DNA of 64,000 nucleotides from Mycoplasmatales bacterium (lineage in GTDB: Bacteria > Bacillota_I > Bacilli_A > Mycoplasmatales > JABABV01). The translations under genes were made by a program, and so were the position numbers. The notes beneath the pieces were generated by a model. The model worked only from the letters and a program-made list of their open reading frames with translations. It was not told the DNA's origin and did not search any database. The stretch is taken from NCBI GenBank assembly GCA_014238055.1, contig JABABV010000001.1, positions 69,368-133,367 of the forward strand, written 5' to 3'. The number at the start of each line of letters is the position of its first letter. Within the stretch, counting starts at the first letter, position 1. This document shows positions 49,537 through 63,143 of the stretch, one piece after another.

Positions 49537-50565
49537 TTAAACTTTAGGCATTCTATAGCGACCAATCGTTTCGCGAGCGTTTTCAACAGTTATAAAACTA
49601 TCGGGATCAACGCGACGAATATGTCCAAGAATTGATTTATATTCCATCAAAGTTAAAGTTGTAACTACTAATTTAGCAGACTTACGTGAGTATCCTCCAG
49701 TAATATCAATATTAGTAAATCCGTGAGGATACCCTTTTAAAATTAATGATCTGATTAATAAATCAGATTTTTTAGTCGTTATTTTCAAAGTAACTTTACG
49801 ATATCTCGGATATCATCGATCAACACTCATCGTCACAACGATAACTAAAATAATTGATAAAAATACTAAAGTTTCTTTAAAAATAGCATCGAATAAATTA
49901 TCGTGGCCAATAATAACTTTATTAATCATTACAGCAAATAATAAAATTCCTAAATTAATATATTTCATTACATGACCAATTGGTTTTCCTTTTTTAACTG
50001 ATACGAATGTAGTAATGTAATCAGTTCCACCACTAGAACCACCACCTAAAAAGGCAAAGGCAATTCCGGCACCGTAAATAATTCCACCAAATATTGTAAC
50101 TAAAAATTCTCATAAATATAAATTTGAATTATAAACATCTTTCATAACTATAAAACTACTCATATGAGGAATGTTAATTATAATGAAATGAAAAATATTT
50201 TGAGAAACGATCAAGATAATCGATAAAATCGTAAATTGTTTTCCGATTTTAATAAACCCAAAAATAATTAATGGGACATTAAGTGAAAAATATAAAATTC
50301 AATAAAAATTCAGTTGATTAACAGGATCACTCGATATTAAGTTAGCTAAGACTTGGCAAAACCCCGAAAGACCTCCGTTGATAGCTCCTGTTGGATGAAT
50401 GAAATAATCAAAGCTAAAAGTTAATAATAGCGCTCCAATAAAAACGTAAGTTACTCTTCCTAACCAAGTTTTCTTAGTCATATGCTCTTTAAAAAAAGCG
50501 AAACCAGAATAATTTTTTAAACTCATTCTTCTTTTTCTTCTTTTGTTTATTTTTGACTGTTCCAT
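49537..50565 (-). CDS. YitT/DUF161 membrane protein with a C-terminal DUF2179-like domain
   Basis: GGLSG, NVPLIIFGFIKIGKQFT, GGSSGGTDY, GGYS...IRRVDPDSFI; GGAGG before ATG 50565. Confidence 0.85.
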
Positions 50566-50593
50566 AATTTCCTCCATAATCAATTTTTATACT

Positions 50594-51898
50594 TTATATT
50601 TTATCTGTTTCAATTTCTAAACTATCAATATTATCTAAATTATTAATTTGTTGTCTAAGACTTAATTTTTTAGTATAGAAATAAATTGATACAGCAGTAA
50701 TAATACTACATCCAGCAACAATGTCAAATATATATGTTCCAACTGATGGATCTAGTAATAAGAAATTCAGACTAAGTGGTCCGATAATCGATCCAAAAGT
50801 AAAGGCAATATTTGTAAGTCCCATCACCGCTCCATGGTTTTTATCAAACATTTTTGAGATGTAGGAAATAATTAATGCAATAAATATTTGGTTCGTCATA
50901 TCGAATAAAGATTGCATAATATAGACGTAGGGGAAGAAATGTAAATTTTTAATAAAATGAGGCAACGTTCAACCTAATGCTAAAGCAAAGGCTGAAAACA
51001 AGCCAAATACTAACATTCACCGCATATCTTCCAAGTATTTTTTAATCTTTGGAAAAATTAAAAATACAAATATGGCGGAACTCGTCCCAATACCGGCATA
51101 AATCATCCCTAAAAATAAAGGCGTGTGTCCTAAGAAGTTTGGATTAGTTAAATAAACATCAACCATCTTACTGCTCGTTCTCGTCAAAGTAGCTGGAATT
51201 GTCATTAATAATAAAACTATTAATCCAGTCCCGCGAACTTTTTTAAAATCACTAGCGATGTTTTTAAAAACATTAAAAGAACGGACTTGATTGCCATCTG
51301 TTTTTCAAACGTTTTCTTTAATAGTTAATAAAATAATTATAGATACTATAATACAAAATACTCCTTGAACAAGCATAATCATTCATGCATGTTTTTGGTT
51401 AGGAATCATTGTATTAATTCAATGGTTAACTCCACCCATACTTAAATAAGCAGATTCCATAGATAAACTATCGAATAAAATTAAAGTTGCCATCGCACCA
51501 GTACGAGCTTTAATCGTTGTAATATCAGTGATATAACTTCGAGCAGCTACTCTAAAAGCTTGTCCTCCAATTAAACCAGCTAGTAAACGACAGATTATCA
51601 AAGAAGTCATATTACCTTTTGATAGTCCAAATCCCATTTGAAAAAAAGCATATATAAAGATAGTTATGAATAAAACTTTTTTTCTTCCTATACGGTCAGT
51701 TAAGTTTCCTCATATTGGCATACTTAAAGTAGAACCAAGTGACATAACCGCATATAATGCTCCGGTATTAATTGAATTTTTTGGATAATAATCACTTATA
51801 AATTTAGGAGTAACTACGTGGGCCATGTTAAAACCATACATTCCTAAAAAATAAACAATAAATAATAAACATATTTTTTTGTTACGTATTTTTTCCAT
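50594..51898 (-). CDS. MFS transporter (drug:H+ antiporter-like)
   Basis: WGNLTDRIGRKK motif A, RLLAGL, SYITDIT, HGAVMG; 434 aa, multi-TM. Confidence 0.88.
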
Positions 51899-53148
51899 TA
51901 TTTTCCTTTTTTAATTTTTTTAGTTAGCTCTTCAACTAAAAAAGTAATTTTTTTATTTTTAATTTTTTTAACTTTAAATCGATAATTTTGCCATTCTCTT
52001 TCAAGACCTTTTTTGATCTTTTTAATTTGGAAAGCTTCTTTAAATCAACTTGACACTGTAATTGAAGAAGTTAGTCCAGTTGGTAATGGTGAAAATTGAA
52101 AGTAAATATGAAATAAAGTTTTTATATTAGCGGTTCCCGATACTATTCATTTATGATTACCTAATTCACGAATTAAACCAGTTTCATCAGATTCGTCATA
52201 AATTTTTCCAACTAAAAATTCTACAATATCTTCTAAAGTGATAAACCCAATAACGGTTTTTCCTTTAGTTACTAAAGCGAAATGTTGTTTTTGACTTTGT
52301 AATTCTTGTAAAGCTTTATTAAGCGTTAATTTAACGCTTAATCTAATAAGACCATAAGTTTGTGGCAATATTAACGTATCGTCATCTTTGTAATTAGATA
52401 ATATTAATTTGTAATTTATTATTCGAGCACTATTAAAATTATTTTTCTCTTTCAAAACTGGCATTCTTGTATAACCAAATTCTTTAAAAATAGCAATCGC
52501 TTCTTTAAAAGTTGTCGTTTGATTCATAAAGATTAAATGTTTTAAATCACTCATTACCGGCTTTAAATTGACTGAATCAAATTTTAAAGCATTGGAAGCT
52601 AAGATTGATTCTTCACGCTCTAAAATACCTTCTTTTTCAGCAGTATCAATTAAATCAATAATTTCATTTTCAGTTATCGTTGGTCTATTTTGATAATTGT
52701 TATTTTTAACAAAATAAGTTATTGGATAAAATATAGCATTTAAAACTCTTAAAGTTCTCGATAAAAATAGCGAATAATTAATGGCGTGTTTTTTAGCAAT
52801 TGTTTTAGGAATAATTTCTCCTAAAATAATTATAATTGGCGCCATTATTAAAGTGGCGATTCCAGCAGCAAGACCAGAATCGTTAATTAATTTCGTTAAT
52901 AAAAATGTTGCTAATGCACTGGCGGCAATATTAACAGTATTACTAACGATTAAAATCGTTGATAAAGTAACATTAAAATTTTTATATAATTTAATAACAG
53001 TACGCGCCTGTCTAGCGCGGTGTCCTGTTGTTTTGCTGATGCTTTTTAGTTTTATAAAATTAATTGACGTATATGCTGTTTCAGCAGCAGCAGTTATTGC
53101 CGCTATTAAAACTAAGAAGCATAATCCAAAAATAATTATTGTAAGCAT
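51898..53148 (-). CDS. CNNM/DUF21-CBS-CorC (hemolysin-family) Mg/Co transporter
   Basis: AAETAYTS, STILIVSNTVN, GEIIPKTIA, GYTRMPV, GFITLEDIVE...DESD. Confidence 0.9.
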
Positions 53149-53345
53149 TTATAAGCTCCTAAATATTGTATAATTATAACTAATAGTATATTTTGATTTT
53201 TAATTATAGCACAAACCTTTTATAATAGTTATTATAAGATAAAAATAAAATTTAACAAAATAACCTTGCTTTATTCAATAGAAATATTATAAAATTATAT
53301 AATACTAAATAAATATTACTTAACTAATAGAGATTTGAGGTTTTC

Positions 53346-53888
53346 ATGAGAGTAATTTCTGGTAAATATCGAGGTTTAAAATTAGATACTGTTGATTCAA
53401 AGACTACTCGACCAACTACAGATCGTACTAAAGAAGGCCTTTTTAACTTATTACAAAATCAAATAAATAAAAAAATAATTCTAGATTTATTTGCTGGAAG
53501 CGGAGCTTTAGGAATTGAAGCTCTTTCTCGCGGAGCTATGAAAGTCATATTTAATGACAACAATTATACGTCTAACAAAATTTTAAAAGATAATTTATCA
53601 AAATTAAAAATTAAAAATTTCGATATTTATAATTTAGAATATATCGATTGTTTAAATAGATTGAGAGGAACTAAATACGATTTAATCTTTTTAGACCCTC
53701 CTTATCATCAAAAAACTTACTATAGCAAAGTTATTGATTTTTTATTAGAAAATAAAATGCTTAATAAAAATGCTTATATAGTTTGTGAATCAAATCAAAA
53801 TATAACCGAATATAATGATCAACTAGTTATTTGAAAGCATCGTAATTATGGTAAAAGTATTATTACGATTTTTACTATAAACAATTAA
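53346..53888 (+). CDS. rsmD: 16S rRNA m2G966 methyltransferase
   Basis: [42 protein letters not shown]. Confidence 0.94.
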
Positions 53889-53904
53889 TTACCAAGGAGA
53901 ATCT

Positions 53905-54483
53905 ATGAGTAATAAGCGCGGAAAATTAATTTTATATTCCGGACCTAGTGGTGTCGGCAAAGGAACGATCAAACAAAAATTTTTACATAATAAAGATTTA
54001 AACTTGGTATTTTCTGTTTCGATGACAACACGCGAAAAACGTATTAACGAAATCGAAGGACAAGATTATTTTTTCGTTTCTAAAGAAATATTTGAAAAAG
54101 CAATTAAAAATCATGAATTTTTAGAGTGAGCGGAATTTTTTAATAATTATTACGGTACGCCAATATCTTATGTAGAAAAATTATTAAATGAAAATAAAAA
54201 TGTTTTATTAGAAATTGAAGTTATCGGTGCCGAACAAGTTTTAAAACATTACGTTGGTTCAAAAGATATTATCTCAATATTTTTAGTGCCACCTAATATT
54301 GAAATTCTTGAAGAACGAATTGTTAATCGTGGTACCGAAAATAGTGAAAAAATTAAAAAACGAATTGCGAAAGCTAAAGTTGAAATGAAAATAGCTGATA
54401 AATATCAATATACTGTTGTCAACAATGTTGTTTCAGAAGCAGCTAATAAAATAATAAAAATAATAAAAGATAACATTAGTTAA
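53905..54483 (+). CDS. gmk: Guanylate kinase
   Basis: [20 protein letters not shown]...YYGTP (W=TGA), LEIEVIGA. Confidence 0.96.
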
Positions 54484-54578
54484 AAAATAAACTAAATATT
54501 CAATATAATTATTATATATACACTTTAAAAAATCTATTTTAAAAACACTATCAGATAATATTATGGGTGGTATTTATT

Positions 54579-55325
54579 ATGAAAATCAAATATTTTTTAA
54601 AAACTGATATCGGTGTTAAACGGCAAGAAAACCAAGACAATGCCGCTGTATTCAAAAACAAAAATAATGAATTAATGGCTTTAATATGCGATGGCATGGG
54701 TGGGTATGCTGGTGGATACACAGCTTCAAACGTCACTATGAATAAAATGATTAATAGTTTCCAAAAACAAAATTTTTCTAATATGAGTTATGATAATTTA
54801 TCTAAATGAATTAAAAAAAATATTAAAAATGTTAAAGATGAACTATCATTAATTGCTGAGCAAAATAAAATTTTAAATCAAATGGGAACTACTTTAGTTT
54901 TAGCTTTATTTTTAAAAAATTATATCGCTATTATTAATGTTGGTGATAGTCGTGCTTATACAGTAAGTCAAGATAACAAGCTAACACAAATTACTAAAGA
55001 TCAAAACTTAGCTTCTGATATTCAAAAAAAATGAGATATTTCTTATGAAGAAGCTATTAATTTTCCAGAAGCTACTTTACTAACTAGTGTTGTTGGAGTT
55101 GATAAAATCACTAACGTGGATATCTACTTCTTAAAAAATAATACTTTTAAATATTTAATTTTAACTTCTGATGGAATTCACGATTATTTAAGTAATCGTG
55201 AAATGGAAAATATTTTAAATAATCAAAAAACTTTAGAAACGAAAACTAATAAATTAATTCAAAGAGCTTTAATTGAAGAATCAACTGATAATTTAACTTC
55301 TATTATAGTGAAAGTTATTCAATAA
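54579..55325 (+). CDS. PP2C-family Ser/Thr phosphatase (PrpC/Stp-like)
   Basis: TDIGVKRQENQD, ICDGMGG, MGTT, NVGDSRAY, LTSDG, DNLT. Confidence 0.93.
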
Positions 55326-55337
55326 AAGAGGTGTGAA

Positions 55338-56318
55338 ATGATTGGTTTAATAAAAAATCGCTATGAAATAATTAAATCAATTGGTGATGGTTCAACTGGT
55401 AAAGTTTATTTAGCTAAAGATGTTATTAATGACAATCATGTCGCTTTAAAGATAATGTCTTATGATTGAGATGAAGGTGCCAACAAAATTATTCGTTTTG
55501 AAAACGAAATTAGAACCGTTACTAGAATAATTAATAAAAATATTATTTCTATTTATGATATTTTCGAAGAAAAAAATGCTTTTATTATTGTTATGGAATA
55601 TGTCGGCGGTAAAAATTTAAAAAAATTTATCGAAGCTCGTGGAACGCTTTCATATCAAGAAGCAATTTTTATTATGAAACAAATAATAAATGCTATTAAA
55701 GAAACTCATAAATTTAAAATTATTCATCGTGATTTAAAACCGCAAAATATTTTAATAACTCAAGATGGGATCGTTAAAATTATTGATTTTGGAATCGCTA
55801 TAAATCCTAACTCTCATTATTTAACTGCTACTAATAATATTATTGGATCAATTCAATATTTAGCTCCTGAAATAATTAATGGTGAAAAAGCTAATGAACG
55901 ATCTGATATTTATGCTTTAGGAATCATTTTTTTCGAAATGGTAACTGGAAATTTACCGTTCAATGATAAGAATCCTATAAAAATCGCTCATATGCAGATT
56001 AACGAAGAGACTCCATCAGTTAAAACTATCATCAAAAATATTCCTCAATCGATCGATAACTTTATTAGAATTGCAACTGCTAAAAATCCAATAAACCGTT
56101 TTGGAAATGCTTTAGCATTTGAAGAAAATTTAAACTCTTTACTTTCTCCAGAAAGAATTAATGAGAAGAAAATCACATTAAACAAAGTTAAAGAATTTAA
56201 TTATTTTGGATATCAAAAAAAATGAACTGATAGTCGATGGTTTTTACCTTTTATATCAGCTTCATTTATAACATTGATTGTAATTGTAATTTTTATATTA
56301 ATTATCTTTCATACTTAA
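55338..56318 (+). CDS. Hanks-type Ser/Thr kinase with a C-terminal TM helix and no PASTA domains (PrkC-like)
   Basis: IGDGSTGKVY, VALK, HRDLKPQN, DFGIA, YLAPE, SDIYALG. Confidence 0.93.
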
Positions 56319-56345
56319 ATTATAAAAAGGAGGCCTTTTATTAAT

Positions 56346-57242
56346 ATGAAACAACTAGAATTAAAGCGCGGTCAAATAATTAATTTGATTGCTGGATTTT
56401 ATTACGTAAAAATAAAAAATACTATTTTTGAAACACACGCCAGAGGCCTTCTAAGATTAAAAGAAGATTTGAAAAAACCAATCGTTGGTGATTGAGTTGA
56501 TGTTCAAATTATCGAAAATACGCCGAAACATAAAGTTGGTTATATTATTAAAGTTTTACCAAGAACTAACTTTTTATTACGTCCTAAAGTTGCCAATGTT
56601 GATCAAGGAATTATCATTGCTTCATTAGAAGAACCTTTTCTTTCAACGTATTTAATTAATAAATTTATCATTACTCTAATGTATAATAAAATTGAACCAA
56701 TCATCATATTTACTAAACTAGATTTAGTAAAAGAAAAAGATTTTACTAAATTAATAAACATTTATAAATGATATAAAAAACATTTTAGATCATTTAAAAT
56801 TTCTAATGTTGATCATTTAGGTTTTTACGGAATTAAAAAAATCTTTAAAAAGAAGACTAGCGTTTTTATGGGACAAACTGGAGTCGGAAAATCTTCTACA
56901 ATTAATAATTTAGATAATAAATTTAAAATTAAAACAGCGGCCATTTCAAAAAAATTAGGTCGCGGGAAACATACTACTAGAGATGCTAAAATATATAAAT
57001 TTAATGACGGTCAATTAATCGATAGTCCTGGATTCAGTTCTTTCGATTTAACAAAAATAGATAAATTTTGAATCGCAATGAATTTTTTTGCTTTCGTTAA
57101 AATTGAAGGTAATTGTAAATATTTAAATTGTGTTCATATTAAAGAACCGAAATGCCGAATAAAAGATGCATTATCAAATAATTTAATTCCAGAGTTTATT
57201 TACGAAGATTATTGTAAATTAATTGCGGAATTAAACAACTAA
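56346..57242 (+). CDS. rsgA: Ribosome small subunit-dependent GTPase A
   Basis: PIVGDWV, RPKVANVD, TKLDL, GQTGVGKSS, GRGKHTT, DSPGF, C-terminal CKYLNCVHIKEPKC. Confidence 0.94.
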
Positions 57243-57256
57243 TAAGGTGGGTAAAT

Positions 57257-57958
57257 ATGCTTAAAAAAAATCCTAGAGTCATTTTGGCTCCTTCATTACT
57301 AGGTGCCGATTATTTAAACATGGAACACGATATTAAAGAAGCGATCAAGCATGGTGCTAAATGATTACATTTCGATGTTATGGACGGTCAATTCGTCGAC
57401 AATTTAGCTCTGGGAGTTGGTTTGTTTAAAAAAGTAAGAGCTCGATTTCCAGAAATATTTATCGATGTTCATCTAATGGTTGGTGCTCCCGATAAGTGAA
57501 CTAATAAATTTGCTCAATTAGGAGCAAACTTAGTAACTTTCCATCACGAAGCTTTAAGATATAAAGCTGCTAAAAAATTAATTAAATCTTTAAAACTTAA
57601 TTATCCTAAACTACATATTGGTGTAGCGATAAAACCAAAAACTAATGTTGAACAAATTTATGAATTTTTACAAGATATAGATGTTGTTTTAGTAATGTCT
57701 GTTGAACCTGGATTAGGCGGTCAAAGTTATATTGATAATAGTGAATTAAAAATTAAAAAAATACGCGATTATATTAATAAAAACTTTTTAGATTGTTTTG
57801 TTGAAGTTGATGGCGGGATCAATGATAGAACTGTTGATCGTGTTGTTGATGCTGGGGTTGATGTCGTTGTCGCTGGAAGTTATGTTTTTAGCGGTGCTGG
57901 TTCAATTCATAAAGCATGTAATAGAATCATTCATGGCGATAAAAAAAATAGCATTTAA
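57257..57958 (+). CDS. rpe: Ribulose-phosphate 3-epimerase
   Basis: APSLL, HFDVMDG, DVHLMV, MSVEPG, VDGGIN, VAGS. Confidence 0.94.
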
Positions 57959-57976
57959 ACAATGCTATTTTTTTTT
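57941..57976. terminator. Bidirectional terminator
   Basis: A-run, TAGCATT, loop, AATGCTA, T-run between convergent rpe and rnj. Confidence 0.75.
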
Positions 57977-59828
57977 ATTTATTTTTGACGTTATTTACAT
58001 TACTGTTTTTTACATTATTTGAACTACTATTTTTTACATTATTCACACTACGTTTAATTGTAGGTTGGTTTATTGTAGTTTTATTTAAAATAACAGGTAT
58101 TAAAATTGGGTCACGTCTTTTAGTACGATGGATGTATGGTAACAATCTTTTTTGAATCGATTGTTTAATACCACTGAAAGTAACTTTTTTAGCAGTTGAG
58201 AAATAATCATTAACAGCAGCTAAAGATATTTTTTGGGCCGCAATTATAGTTTGCAGTGAATCTTTAACATAAAAAGTTCCACGACTAATAATTTTTGGTT
58301 TTCCAACAATAGTATTTTTACGAGAATCTATCGTAATAATAACAGCTATTAAACCGTCTTTACCTAATTTATCACGATCAGAAATAACACGTTTAGTATG
58401 ACTAGTTGTATCGTTTCCGTCGATATAGATCGGTTCAGCTGGCACTGATTCGGCTTGAGTTACGTGTCCGTTAAGTAACTCTAAACGATCACCATTATAA
58501 ATTAAGAAATTATTTTCTGGTTTAACTCCAGTTGCGATAGCAGTTTTTATATGTTTTGATAACATACGATATTCACCATGCATAGGAGCAAAATATTTAG
58601 GCTTAATTAAATTAAATAGTAATTTTTGATCACCTTGAGAAGCATGTCCTGAAGTATGAACAGTATTCATAGCACTGTTTTCCAATACATTAGCTCCTAA
58701 TTTAATTAATTTATTAGTTAGTTTTTCAACTCGAGCATATGATCCTGGAATTGGTGAAGATGAAAATACGATAGTATCTCCCTTAGTAACAGATACGTAT
58801 GGATGAATTCCTTGAGCAATTCTAGAAAGAGCTGCTAAAGGTTCCCCTTGAGAACCAGTTGATAAAATTAAAACTTCACTTGCTTTATATTTATGTAAAT
58901 TACGATTTTCAATAAAGACTGACACAGGCGCTTTAATATATTTTATTTTACGAGCGATGTCGATCCCTTTTTTCATTGAACGACCGAAAATTAAAATCTT
59001 ACGATTAAATTTAATGGCACAATCAACGATTGTTTTTAAACGATATACATTAGAAGCAAAACTAGCTAATATAATTCTATGATCTATTGATTTACGAAAA
59101 ATTTCTTCAATTCTTGCAATAACATCTTGTTCCGAAGGAGTTATCCCTGGGATCAATGAATTAGTTGAATCAGAAATTAATAAATCAACACCAGCTTGTC
59201 CCATACGAGATAATTTTCAAAAATCTGTTTTTTGAGCAATTGGCGTATAATCAAATTTAAAATCACCAGTAGTTACTAAAGTTCCGTTGATAGTTTGATA
59301 TCTAGAACCATAAGCATCTGGAATTGAATGATTAATACTGAAAAAATCAATTAAGAAATGTTTAGTTTTAATAACTGTGTTACTATCGATTAAATTCAAA
59401 TCACCTTTAAAAGTAACTTTTTTATCACGTAATTTAGCTTTAATTAATTCTTGAGCGAATTTTGGAGCATAAATACATTTTAAATCGATTCTTTTTAATA
59501 AGTAAGGAATTCCACCAATATGATCTTCATGACCATGAGTTATTATTAATCCTTGAATACGATTTTTATTTTCTACTAATCAATCGTAATTAGGAATAAT
59601 TCCTTCAATACCTGTTCCTCAATCATCAGGAAACTTAACTCCTGAATCAATGATTCAAATTTCATCATCGTGTTCAACGATATAAGTATTTTTACCAATT
59701 TCTTGAATTCCACCTAGTGAAAATATAGCTGTTGGAATTTTATTTTTTAACGGTTTTCTTTTTTGTTTATTATCGTTTGTTTTAATAACATTGTTTTTAG
59801 TTCCTGTATTATTTTTTTGTTTTTCCAT
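57975..59828 (-). CDS. rnj: Ribonuclease J
   Basis: LGGIQEIGKN, THGHEDHIGG, HSIPD, TGDFKFD, TGSQGEP, HTSGHA, PMHGEYRM. Confidence 0.96.
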
Positions 59829-60050
59829 AAAAACCTCTCTTATTCATATTATAAATTAATTTATTATTTGATAATAAAAAACATTAAAAAATAATTCGTT
59901 TATAGCGAACGTTGTGTTGGAATGAATTTTATTATTTAATAAATATTGTTCTTCAGAAAATTAATTAATATTTTTGATATTAACATTATATAAAAATTAT
60001 TATACCACACAAACTCTAAATTACCTTATTTAAAATGAAAAATAATAATA

Positions 60051-60088
60051 AAAAAAATAAAAAACAACGTAATGTTGTTTTTTATTTT
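60051..60088 (-). terminator. def terminator
   Basis: AAAATAAAAAACAAC-GTAAT-GTTGTTTTTTATTTT. Confidence 0.7.
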
Positions 60089-60092
60089 AAAA

Positions 60093-60662
60093 CTACTCAA
60101 TAATTGATAATTCTTTTTCTTCATCTCATGGAAATTTTTTATCAATATGATGATAATATAACTTGCCTTGCAAGTGATCCATTTCGTGTTGTAGCACAAT
60201 TGCTAAATAATGATCTGCTTTAATAGTTATCGTTTTTTTCTGCAAATAATCATAAGCTTTTATCGTCACTTTAGAAGAACGTTTAACTAATCCTTCGTGA
60301 TCATTATCAACTGATAAACAACCTTCGCCATATTTGATAGCTGATTTATCTTTTGATTTAAACAGCATTTTTGGATTAATCAAAGCATATTCAACATCAA
60401 CTTTAGGATTTTCTTTACTAGGTACTTTTATAAAAAACATATTTAATAAAAAACCTACTTGAATAGCAGCAATGCCGACTGCAGGACGTAATTTATATTC
60501 ACAATTTTCCATTTCGCTTTGCGATATTCTAACATGGGAAATCATTTTATTAATAATCTCAATATTTAATTTACTTAACGGAAATTTAACATCTTTAGAT
60601 TTTTCGAAAAGAATTTTATTCGTATCTTTAACTAAATCTTTTGATAAAAATAAATTAAACAT
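60093..60662 (-). CDS. def: Peptide deformylase
   Basis: AVGIAAIQVG, GEGCLSV, QHEMDHL; the start could also be 60671 or 60680. Confidence 0.94.
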
Positions 60663-61191
60663 CTGTTGCATCCTCGACAAAGTTTTCTAGAAAATCAGCA
60701 CCTTTTTGAGTTTCAGAAAAACTTAATCCGGGATATCCTAACTGACGCATAACTTCATAAGCAACTGTCATTACGCAATTAGATAAATTTAATGATCGTG
60801 CACTTGCAACCATCGGAATACGAAAACAAGTTTCTAAATTATTTTTTAAAATCATTTTCGGGATTCCGGCAGACTCTTTTCCGAAAACTAAAAAAATTTC
60901 TTCTTTAATAGCTTTGTAGTCGAAGTCGCTATGCGGTTTTTTACCATATCTAGTAGAGTAAAAGAATTTCCCTTTATTAGCGTTTTCTTTCATGAAAGCA
61001 TCTCAATTAGGATAAACTGTATAATTTAAATCTTTCATATAATTAGCACTAGCTCTTTTAACGTATTTAGCTTCTAACGAGAAACCTAAAGGCTCAATTA
61101 AATGTAATTTAATTCCTAATGCTACACAAGTTCTCATAATATTTCCGGTATTTTGCGGTATTTCTGGTTCATATAAAACAATATTTAACAA
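60655..61191 (-). CDS. trmL: tRNA (cytidine/uridine-34 2'-O)-methyltransferase
   Basis: [35 protein letters not shown]...RSLNLSN. Confidence 0.92.
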
Positions 61192-61277
61192 TGTTCTACT
61201 CCTTTGATATAGTATAATTAACTAATAACATTATACTATAAAATAAACGATATTTAGATAGAAAAGAGTTATCCCAG

Positions 61278-62039
61278 ATGAATACAACAATTATTTCCTT
61301 AACTAACGATATAACGATAGATTTCAAAAAAGCGATAGTTAACAAAAAACTTAAAAATAATGTTTTAGAATTTATCGATGTTAAAAATAAATTTCAAGTT
61401 TTAACAAACATCAAAATCAAACATCCACTAATTATTGAGTTTGAATTAATTAATGCTCAAAAAAATATTTCTGTTGATCTGAAATTTTTAAAAAATGCCC
61501 AACCATTAACTTTGAACGCAATAAATAATGACGACATTGCAGCTGTCGCTAAATTAATTATTGAATTTCAAAAAAATTCTAAAACTAATATTAAAAAATG
61601 ACCTTACAAAAAACTTTATTATTTCTTTAAATCAAAAATAAAAAAACCTTTATGAGATTTAGAAAAATACGAAAACTATATCGTAGATTTATCATTACCT
61701 ACAGAGTGAGTTATGTCTCACAACGATCTTAATGTTGGTAATATTATTAAAGAATATAATCGCTATTATTTAATTGATTTTGATTTTGCAATGCAAAACG
61801 ATCCTCTATTCGATGTTGCCTCTTTTATTAGCGAATGTAATTTATCTAAAATTAATGTTGATTTTTTTTATAACTTTTTAAATATAAAAACAGATTCTGA
61901 AATTAAAAGAATTAATGACTTAATTAATTATCAAAATTTATTATGATGTGCTTGAGCCAATTATATGTTCGATCAAACTAACGATAAAAATTATTATCAA
62001 ATCGCTCTCCATAAATATCAAAATTTAAATAAAAAATAA
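61278..62039 (+). CDS. Choline/ethanolamine/aminoglycoside kinase-family phosphotransferase
   Basis: SHNDLNVGNI, LIDFDFA, DPLFDVAS; 253 aa with TGA=Trp. Confidence 0.8.
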
Positions 62040-62069
62040 AAATTGAATCGCTTCAATTTTTATTTTTTA
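62031..62069. terminator. Bidirectional terminator
   Basis: AAAAAATAAAAATTGAA-TCGC-TTCAATTTTTATTTTTT. Confidence 0.75.
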
Positions 62070-62074
62070 TTATA

Positions 62075-62440
62075 TTATTTGTCTTTTTTAGTAACTCTAA
62101 TTTCTTTTAAACGAGCTGATTTACCACGTAATTCACGCATGTAATAAATTCTTGATTGACGAACTTTAGCATGTTTAACGATTTCAATTTTACTAATCAC
62201 TGGTGAGTGAACTGGGAAAGAACGTTCTACTCCGATACCATAAGAAATTTTTCTTACAGTAATAGCTAAACGAGAACTTCTACCTTGAGTTTTAATAACT
62301 AAACCTTCAAATAATTGAATTCTTTCTTTTTGACCTTCACGAACTCTAACATAAACTTTAACTGTATCGCCAGTATTTACTTCTGGTAAGTCTTGTTTCA
62401 TTTGATGTTGAGTAACTTTGTTAACTAAATTCATATCCAT
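62075..62440 (-). CDS. rplS: 50S ribosomal protein L19
   Basis: GDTVKV, EGQKERIQLFEG, TVRKISYGIGVER. Confidence 0.96.
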   Translation of the reverse strand: MDMNLVNKVTQHQMKQDLPEVNTGDTVKVYVRVREGQKERIQLFEGLVIKTQGRSSRLAITVRKISYGIGVERSFPVHSPVISKIEIVKHAKVRQSRIYYMRELRGKSARLKEIRVTKKDK

Positions 62441-62441
62441 A

Positions 62442-63143
62442 TTAGTTACCTCCTTTTGTTTTTTTTAAAATTAAATCTGGGCGTTTTTTTAATGTTTTTT
62501 CATAAGCTGCTTCATGTCTTCATTCAGCAATTTTTTTATGATTACCACTAAATAACGTTTCCGGTACTAAATGACCTTCAAAATCTCTCGGTTTCGTATA
62601 ACTAGGATGATCTAACAAACCGTTCATGAAAGATTCTTCTTCAAAAGAAGCTTTTTTAATTACTCCTGGAATTAATCTTACTAAACTATCTGTGATTGCT
62701 AAAGCAGCAATTTCTCCACCAGTTAATACAAAATCTCCTAAAGAAATTTCTAAATCAACATATTCAAAAATTCTTTCATCAAAACCTTCATAATGACCAC
62801 ATATAAGAATTAAATCTTTTTCATTATTAGCTAATTCAATCGCTTTAGCTTGTATATAAGGTTCTCCCGAAGGATTTAAAATTATTACAAGACTATTTTC
62901 GGTTTTAAATTTTCTAATAGCGTCCACTATCGGTTGGCACGTTAGAACCATTCCAGGTCCACCACCGTAAGCGACATCGTCAACATTATGATGTTTGTTA
63001 TTACTAAAATCTCTAAAATTAACAACTTCTATATTAACTAGATTTGCATCAGTTGCGCGTTTTATAATCGAATGACTTAAAGCATCTTCAACCATTTTAG
63101 GAAATAAACTTAAAATAGTAATTTTTTTTACTTTTGAAATCAT
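62442..63143 (-). CDS. trmD: tRNA (guanine-37-N1)-methyltransferase
   Basis: VDDVAYGGGPGM, CGHYEGFDER, SLGDFVLTGGE, SGNHKKIAEWR. Confidence 0.96.

Noticed and set aside
55338-56318. PrkC-like kinase lacking PASTA domains
   Set aside because: Expected in wall-less Mollicutes
57975-58050. NNVKN repeats at the RNase J C-terminus
   Set aside because: Short low-complexity tail, common in AT-rich genomes, with no evidence of function
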